In this document: positions 6,537 to 11,185 of the stretch, piece after piece
Numbering within the stretch: position 1 is the first letter of the stretch
Layout of the letters: each line of letters opens with the position of its first letter
From: Candidatus Iainarchaeum sp.
GTDB taxonomy: Archaea > Iainarchaeota > Iainarchaeia > Iainarchaeales > DTGL01
Direction of reading: 5' to 3'
Length of the DNA: 11,185 bases
NCBI GenBank assembly: GCA_038736825.1
Contig: JAVYME010000035.1
Coordinates: forward strand, 1 to 11,185
The notes under the pieces: generated by a model
Databases searched by the model: none
Seen by the model: the letters and a program-made list of their open reading frames with translations, nothing else
Told to the model about the DNA's origin: nothing
Position numbers and translations under genes: made by a program

Positions 6537-8762
6537 TTATTTCTTTCTTTTCCAAAAAATCAGTGCCAGCACGAAAAAGGAAACAGCCACTGCAGAAAAA
6601 TGCGTCGCATCAGGCACTGGAAGCACAGGCGCTTCTGGGCTGACATTGAAGTTAGTGCTTGCCTCGCACCTTGAACACTTTATGCTTGGATCGAATGACG
6701 CTTTCAACTGGTATAGTCCGGAGTTCAGCTGTGGTCCCAAAGCAGTAAACCCTGAATTGCACAAATAAACTGTTTCCGCTATTTTTTGCGGTGGACTGGG
6801 GTGATTTGTGCTATAAAGCTCTAATTTAAGGTCAAAGGAATGAGTGCAAGCAACACTAACCTTAAGATTTTGGCCTATAATTGCATCTTGAAAAGCCAAA
6901 GCTTTTATTGCTGCAACAGTATAAGGCAAAACTTGTTGGGTAATGGAATCGCTAGCATTAAAAGAATCTGTAACCTTAAGCGTGACATTAACCGGGTTTG
7001 GATTGGAAAAAACAAGGTCAAAAGAGACATCATTGCGAACATCAGGCCTGTCCGAAAAAGTCCATTCATATGAAATAGGGTCCAAGTCAGGGTCAAAGCT
7101 GGGCGAAGCATCAAAATGAACCGTGAGAGGGGTTACCCCGTCAAGCGGAATTGCCTTGAACGCAGCCTTTGGCGGCTTATTAGGTTGGACTGTTATACTG
7201 CACTCGGCAGGAGGGCTTTCCGCAATGCCATCCGAAACCTTCACTCTTAAAAGCGCATCAGAGGGAAGAGAAAAGGTTCTTGCAACAACCAAGCCATAAG
7301 GCCCAAACAATCCAGAACCCAAATCCCAAGAATACTCTATTGGGTCACCATCTGGATCAAAGCTTGCCGAAGCATCCAAGTCAAAAGCTTGGTTTGCCCT
7401 TACTGTCCTGTTTCCGCCAAGACAGTTTGAAAAGGCTGCAACAGGGGGCTGGTTTGGAATGCCCAATATTTCAATGGTTCCGCTGACAACAACAGGCAAA
7501 GCATTTTCGGACTCAAAACGGATGTCCAGAGAATGCATTCCGAGCGCAGTTCCAGGGGGCGGTGTTGCAGTCAAATCAATATACTTTGGAGAAGCCAAGT
7601 CAAAATTGTTCTCTGAAGGAACAATCCAGTTTACAACAGTGCCGTCCACTTCAATCCTTATCTTGACATTTTTTATTGTTTCAAGCGCTGGAAAAACCAA
7701 AAAACTGTGATTGTTTACTTCGAGATGCTGGCACAAAACCTTTGCTTGTCCTATAGTGGCACTATCATCACAATTCATTGGAAAAACGCCAAGCTTTGAG
7801 GAAAGCGCGCCAGCATAAAGGGCAGACATTATTGCCGCCTGCTCTGTAGTGCCACCGCCCTCAATATGGAATGCAAAATAAAAGTGCCTTCCGCGCCCGA
7901 ACTCAACCATTAGTGCTTGGGCAGGCTTACCGATGCTTTGACCGCAAGTGCCTGAAGCCAAGACATTTATTTTTGGATCAGAAGGACCGCAGGTAAAAGT
8001 GCTAGGCAAATAATGCCAGTTGTAAACTTTTTCATTTGGAACCTGAAAAAATTTTTTTAGCGGCATTGCCAAGTCAAAAGAGTCAGCCGCCTTGCCTTCC
8101 CAAATTGTTTGGGTGGCACCACAATACTTTACACATTCATGGGAAAACTCGGTTTTTAAAAAAAACTCTCGCCAGTCAGTGGTGGCAAGAGTGCCGCCCT
8201 CAAATATAAAATTTTTAAGAGATGGTGGTGGTGGGGCAGGATCGCAGCCAAAAACAATCAGGCTTTCCTTGACTGCAACGCACTCATTCCAATTGTTAGA
8301 AAAGGGAATGCCCATTTTTGAAAAAATGTCTGTTGGGTGATCCCATTGGCCGTTTATAACGCACGTCTTTAATGGCTTTATCATGGCTATAAGAGTCACA
8401 TCAACAGAAACTGTGGTTCCCAAATAGTCAAAGGTGACATTAGAAAAAAAAGGATTGGTTGAAACAAAATTTTGAAGATACTGCTTTAAATTGCCCATCT
8501 GGCTAGACCTAATAATGTAAGGTCCAGCATTATGGTCGGGAAAGGCATTGCTTGGACCGGCAACACGGTAAACTTCAATTGGTTCTCCGGCTACAGCTAA
8601 TTTTGCAATTGCATAAGCCAGTCCATGGCAGCGCACAGGCTCTCCCTGGAATTGTGGTTGCGTTGGAATAACAACATCATCTGGCAAAAAAGAAACAGTA
8701 ACTGAAATGGTGTAAGGTAAAACCAAAAAAAAAGCCAGTGCTATTGAAAGCCAGCGCTTCAT
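6537..8762 (-). CDS. Large secreted, C-terminally membrane-anchored surface protein: unassigned N-domain, 2 PKD domains and an Ig-like domain
   Basis: The ORF opens at TTG 8768, but ATG 8762 (MKRWLSIALAFFLVLPYTISV, a signal-peptide-like stretch) is the more likely start. Two PKD-type repeats carry the core FDASASFDPDGDPIEYSWDLG (about 7185-7454) and FDASPSFDPDLDPISYEWTF (about 6927-7184). A further beta-rich segment follows. The extreme C-terminus is the hydrophobic helix FSAVAVSFFVLALIFW plus KRKK. There are 16 Cys and several N-x-S/T sequons. Confidence 0.85.
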   Translation of the reverse strand: MKRWLSIALAFFLVLPYTISVTVSFLPDDVVIPTQPQFQGEPVRCHGLAYAIAKLAVAGEPIEVYRVAGPSNAFPDHNAGPYIIRSSQMGNLKQYLQNFVSTNPFFSNVTFDYLGTTVSVDVTLIAMIKPLKTCVINGQWDHPTDIFSKMGIPFSNNWNECVAVKESLIVFGCDPAPPPPSLKNFIFEGGTLATTDWREFFLKTEFSHECVKYCGATQTIWEGKAADSFDLAMPLKKFFQVPNEKVYNWHYLPSTFTCGPSDPKINVLASGTCGQSIGKPAQALMVEFGRGRHFYFAFHIEGGGTTEQAAIMSALYAGALSSKLGVFPMNCDDSATIGQAKVLCQHLEVNNHSFLVFPALETIKNVKIRIEVDGTVVNWIVPSENNFDLASPKYIDLTATPPPGTALGMHSLDIRFESENALPVVVSGTIEILGIPNQPPVAAFSNCLGGNRTVRANQAFDLDASASFDPDGDPIEYSWDLGSGLFGPYGLVVARTFSLPSDALLRVKVSDGIAESPPAECSITVQPNKPPKAAFKAIPLDGVTPLTVHFDASPSFDPDLDPISYEWTFSDRPDVRNDVSFDLVFSNPNPVNVTLKVTDSFNASDSITQQVLPYTVAAIKALAFQDAIIGQNLKVSVACTHSFDLKLELYSTNHPSPPQKIAETVYLCNSGFTALGPQLNSGLYQLKASFDPSIKCSRCEASTNFNVSPEAPVLPVPDATHFSAVAVSFFVLALIFWKRKK

Positions 8763-8787
8763 AGTCAAAACTCATTTATATCAATTC

Positions 8788-8799
8788 ATATTAAAAAAA
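8788..8799. promoter_or_regulatory. A/T element ATATTAAAAAAA midway between the divergent surface-protein genes
   Basis: It lies about 26-32 nt from ATG 8762 (-) and about 24-35 nt from GTG 8823 (+). Neither start has a Shine-Dalgarno site, which fits leaderless transcripts. Confidence 0.35.
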
Positions 8800-8822
8800 G
8801 AACTAGTAAAACAATTCTAACT

Positions 8823-10352
8823 GTGAAAAATCACCGCTTTTCAACAAAAAAATTTATTTTTTTCATTGCATTCCTCCTCTTATTGAATTTTGCCATTGGA
8901 ATAGAAAGCAAGCCCAAGGCATTCATTGCACCATACGAATGTGGTTGGACAAATTTAAATGTCCCCTTTATGATAGGTTGCAATATTATTTTTGAGGAAA
9001 AAATAGGTCACACTCAAATTTCCTGCCCTGAAAACACAAAACTATACCATTTGGCGATAGACGCAAATGCAAAATGCCCAGATAAGGGCTTCAGTGAAGG
9101 AACCTATGGAGAAGTTGCCTGCGAAGCAGGCCAAGTTTGCAAAAAAAAAGCCTGCTTTTATTATGAAATTCAAGGCGAACGCGGTCCCATAACTGAAAGC
9201 GGTGAATTCAAGATAGACAAGGTGAAGCCAAAAATAGTTTCCAGCATTGCTGTTGAAGAAAGAAATGGCAGGATTTTTTTTGCAGTTTCCGCTTCCTGTG
9301 AAGACATTGGATCTGGCTGCGCTTCCCTCCAATACCGGACAAGCGAAAAAGCAAGGTGGGCTGACTATTCGGGTCCCATAAAGTTTGAAAAAGCAGAAAA
9401 CATCTATTTCAAGGCGGTTGACAAGGCGGGAAACGAAACACTCTCATCAAAAGCCTTGAAAGCAGAACCCGACTCAATCAAACCAGCAAAACCCACTTCA
9501 TTGACAGCCTCAATCGAAAACGGTCTCGTTTTATTGAAATGGAATCAAGACAGTGAAGAGCAAATCGACGTAAAAGGATTCCAAGTGACAAGGGCAGCCG
9601 GCTCAAAAGAGGAAATCGTTTTCGTGCAACAAAATTTTTTCATAGACGAAAAAAAGCCCGAGGCAGGGCTTGTCTCATACAACGTGGTTGCAGTTGACCT
9701 TGCAGGAAACCAGTCTGAAGCCAGTGAAATCTCCATAAAATTCTTAAATTCAGGCCAGTTGACTGAAATTTCGCCAAATTCTGGCTGGTACAAAGCCCCA
9801 TTAAAAGTATCACTAAACTGTGTTTCTGCAGAAGGCTGCCTTAAAACATTTTTTAGAACAAATTATGGAAAATGGGTGGAAGGAAAAGAAACAGAAATCA
9901 CTGCAGCCGGAAAACACGCCCTAGAATTCTATTCAACAAGCAAAAACAATTCTGCTGAAACAATAGGCTTTGCCTGGTTTGGATTGGACACAGAACCGCC
10001 AGAGGTTTCAGACCTAATGCTTACAGAATTTCCAGAAGGAGTCAGCCTCGCATGGAACAGCCCTCCAGACAAGCAAAGCGGTTCAGCCCAATTCAAAATA
10101 TACAGAAACGGGGTTTTTTTGGCAGAAACAACCGAAAAAAACTTTTTCGACCGAGCAATACAAAAAGGCGAAAACTACGAATATGGCGTAGCCGCCCTCG
10201 ACCTAGCTGGAAACGAATCAAAGCCATTCAAAAAAACAATTCAAACAAAAGCCCAAGAGCCAACTGTTTTACCCTATTTTGCCACAACAGCAATCGTATT
10301 ACTGCTAGCGGGAATTGCAATAATTGTCGTAAAAAAAATTAAAAACCGCTAA
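8823..10352 (+). CDS. Secreted, C-terminally membrane-anchored surface protein: Cys-rich domain plus 2 x (Cys-loop beta-sandwich + fibronectin-III-like domain)
   Basis: GTG start at 8823. It is the only start that retains the signal peptide KKFIFFIAFLLLLNFAIG. The N-terminal domain has 7 Cys. Two FN3-like modules are present: PAKPTSLTASIENGLVLLKWN...YNVVAVDLAGNQSEAS and PPEVSDLMLTEFPEGVSLAWN...YEYGVAALDLAGNESKP. Each is preceded by a C-x(5,6)-C...[YF]RT...W module. The C-terminal helix is ATTAIVLLLAGIAIIVV followed by KKIKNR. Confidence 0.82.
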   Translation: MKNHRFSTKKFIFFIAFLLLLNFAIGIESKPKAFIAPYECGWTNLNVPFMIGCNIIFEEKIGHTQISCPENTKLYHLAIDANAKCPDKGFSEGTYGEVACEAGQVCKKKACFYYEIQGERGPITESGEFKIDKVKPKIVSSIAVEERNGRIFFAVSASCEDIGSGCASLQYRTSEKARWADYSGPIKFEKAENIYFKAVDKAGNETLSSKALKAEPDSIKPAKPTSLTASIENGLVLLKWNQDSEEQIDVKGFQVTRAAGSKEEIVFVQQNFFIDEKKPEAGLVSYNVVAVDLAGNQSEASEISIKFLNSGQLTEISPNSGWYKAPLKVSLNCVSAEGCLKTFFRTNYGKWVEGKETEITAAGKHALEFYSTSKNNSAETIGFAWFGLDTEPPEVSDLMLTEFPEGVSLAWNSPPDKQSGSAQFKIYRNGVFLAETTEKNFFDRAIQKGENYEYGVAALDLAGNESKPFKKTIQTKAQEPTVLPYFATTAIVLLLAGIAIIVVKKIKNR

Positions 10353-10359
10353 TTCGCAG

Positions 10360-10370
10360 TTATATTTTTA
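10360..10370 (+). promoter_or_regulatory. TATA-like box TTATATTTTTA upstream of the small-membrane-protein pair
   Basis: It is about 57 nt upstream of GTG 10422. This would give a leader of about 30 nt containing the GGGTGAT Shine-Dalgarno site at 10410-10416. Confidence 0.35.
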
Positions 10371-10421
10371 ATAGTACAGGTGAAAAAACTATTTTTTGAA
10401 CCAATAATAGGGTGATTTCCT

Positions 10422-10709
10422 GTGTGGCTTTTAACCTCTCTCATTGCAGCAATAATTGCTACTGCCGCTTGGGTGTTTGCAGACAAAAAATACAGGTTTG
10501 GCTTTCTCGCACTAATGCTTTGGGGTCTTTCAATAATGGTTTTAATAGACCACGTTTTAGGCTATGATGGCAGAGAATTCCTGCAAATGGAAACAGAAGG
10601 CTTAATAAGCAATGGGCTGGTTCTTGGAATTGCTATGCTGATTCCAATATTAATTGTATGGGAAACAAGACTAGTAATAGACAAGCTGAAAATGGAGAAA
10701 ACGAGGTGA
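10422..10709 (+). CDS. Hypothetical small integral membrane protein (about 3 TM), paralog of the next gene
   Basis: GTG start with GGGTGAT (10410-10416) 5 nt upstream. 95 aa with three hydrophobic segments and a charged C-terminus (ETRLVIDKLKMEKTR). It shares an ungapped 22-residue motif block with the downstream ORF. Confidence 0.62.
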   Translation: MWLLTSLIAAIIATAAWVFADKKYRFGFLALMLWGLSIMVLIDHVLGYDGREFLQMETEGLISNGLVLGIAMLIPILIVWETRLVIDKLKMEKTR

Positions 10710-10715
10710 AAAAAA

Positions 10716-11051
10716 ATGGCTTGCTTTGCCGCACCTGCAATTGCAGGAATCATTACAACAATTTTCAGGAAAAAAATTCCAGAAAAATATCACATTAATT
10801 GGCTGAATGCACTCTTATGGGGCGGAACACTGGGCCTTGCATTAGAGCATATTGCACACCAAGAAATAGTGCCATATTTTCCATATTTTACAGCAATGGA
10901 AAGCGCAACCGCCACTGCCACGATGCTCCAAGAAATTGCAACAACAGGCACAGCCATGCTTTTGGCATGCATTGCAGTCTGGACCGCAATGATTGCAATA
11001 CACTCTGCAATCCAAACACCAACAAAAACACTTGCAAAGCGCACAACCTAA
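10716..11051 (+). CDS. Hypothetical small integral membrane protein (about 3 TM), paralog of the preceding gene
   Basis: ATG start with GAGGTGA (10703-10709) 6 nt upstream. That Shine-Dalgarno site contains the TGA stop of the upstream gene, which suggests translational coupling. 111 aa. The motif KY-x3-WL-x3-LWG-x7-EH sits at the same position as in the upstream protein. Confidence 0.62.
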   Translation: MACFAAPAIAGIITTIFRKKIPEKYHINWLNALLWGGTLGLALEHIAHQEIVPYFPYFTAMESATATATMLQEIATTGTAMLLACIAVWTAMIAIHSAIQTPTKTLAKRTT

Positions 11052-11071
11052 ATTGCCAATTAAACGGAAAT

Positions 11072-11079
11072 AAAAAAAA
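11072..11079 (-). terminator. Oligo-T (T8) terminator after tRNA-Asn
   Basis: The A8 run on the + strand is T8 on the - strand. It begins 2 nt after the tRNA discriminator base. Oligo-T is the archaeal intrinsic termination signal. Confidence 0.55.
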
Positions 11080-11080
11080 G

Positions 11081-11153
11081 CGTCCAGGCCAGGACTTGAA
11101 CCTGGGACCTGCCGGTTAACAGCCGGCTGCTCTACCGACTGAGCTACCTGGAC
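11081..11153 (-). tRNA. tRNA-Asn (anticodon GTT)
   Basis: The reverse complement reads GTCCAGG TA GCTC AGTCGGTA GAGC A GCCGG CTGTTAA CCGGC AGGTC CCAGG TTCAAGT CCTGG CCTGGAC G. All four stems are fully Watson-Crick paired: 7-bp acceptor, 4-bp D, 5-bp anticodon and 5-bp T. The anticodon-loop centre is GTT. 73 nt with discriminator G and no encoded CCA. Confidence 0.93.
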
Positions 11154-11175
11154 TTTCAAGGATTCTTTGAAAATC

Positions 11176-11181
11176 AATAAA
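11176..11181 (-). promoter_or_regulatory. TATA-like box (TTTATT) upstream of tRNA-Asn
   Basis: The minus strand reads CAAATTTATTGATTTTCAAAGAATCCTTGAAA|GTCC. The TTTATT is centred about 25 nt upstream of tRNA position 1, which is the archaeal TATA-box distance. Confidence 0.45.
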
Positions 11182-11185
11182 TTTG

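Noticed and set aside
6927-7454. DNA-level similarity between the two PKD-coding segments as a DGR template/variable-repeat pair
   Set aside because: The similarity is limited to the conserved PKD core (by eye, roughly three quarters of bases identical across the core, e.g. TCAAAGCT.G.C.GAAGCATC). Mismatches are not adenine-specific, both copies are in frame within one gene, and no reverse transcriptase is present.
8725-8733. Homopolymer tracts (T9 in the signal-peptide codons of the 743-aa gene; A9 at 9141-9149 early in the 509-aa gene) as slipped-strand phase-variation switches
   Set aside because: A/T runs of 8-9 nt occur throughout the window, including housekeeping genes and spacers (2584-2591, 3202-3209, 6447-6454, 8158-8165, 11072-11079). 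They simply encode FFF/KKK in an A/T-rich genome. Revisit only if read-level data show length heterogeneity at these tracts.
10842-11177. 111-aa ORF (- strand) and the overlapping 106-aa ORF at 10799-11119 (+ strand)
   Set aside because: Both run through the tRNA-Asn gene. They are antisense or out of frame to the small membrane-protein gene at 10716-11051, which is supported by its Shine-Dalgarno site and its paralogy. Both are Cys/His/Asn-rich shadow translations.
10353-11185. tRNA-Asn as the attachment site of an integrated element carrying the surface-protein locus
   Set aside because: No integrase, excisionase or transposase is present, and I found no direct repeat of the tRNA 3' half in the window. 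The boundary cannot be assessed without flanking sequence.
1-11185. CRISPR arrays, toxin-antitoxin pairs, restriction-modification or other defence systems
   Set aside because: There are no spaced direct repeats, and no nuclease, methyltransferase, ATPase (Walker A) or HEPN/PIN-like signatures in any plausible ORF. Every long ORF is accounted for by the calls above.

Overview
A/T-rich, tightly packed window that looks like archaeal chromosome. The evidence is a Taw1/TYW1-type radical-SAM wyosine gene, a tRNA-Asn(GTT) with no encoded CCA and an oligo-T run right after it, TATA-like boxes about 26 nt from starts, GGTGA-type Shine-Dalgarno sites and rubrerythrin (anaerobe/microaerophile flavour). 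I call 12 CDS and 1 tRNA. The left 6.4 kb is housekeeping or stress/ion-homeostasis genes: a 5'-truncated ornithine carbamoyltransferase-family gene, taw1, a small basic ORF, a CaCA Na+/Ca2+ exchanger, rubrerythrin, a small membrane protein with a PEEE-repeat tail, a COG2509-type FAD protein and ZupT. The right 4.6 kb is more accessory-looking. It holds a head-to-head pair of large, Cys-rich, signal-peptide-bearing, C-terminally anchored surface proteins: a 743-aa protein with an unassigned N-domain plus 2 PKD domains, and a 509-aa protein with a Cys-rich domain plus 2 x (Cys-loop sandwich + FN3). Two translationally coupled, mutually paralogous small membrane proteins follow, then tRNA-Asn. 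I see no CRISPR array, transposase, integrase, reverse transcriptase, toxin-antitoxin or recognisable defence gene. The best candidates for something undescribed are the surface-protein locus (a shared C-terminal 'P-x-VLP + TM + basic tail' signal and an unassigned 410-aa extracellular domain), the paralogous small-membrane-protein pair, and a carbamoyltransferase with substitutions in three canonical substrate-binding motifs. All family calls come from motifs read by eye and recalled from memory. No database search was run.
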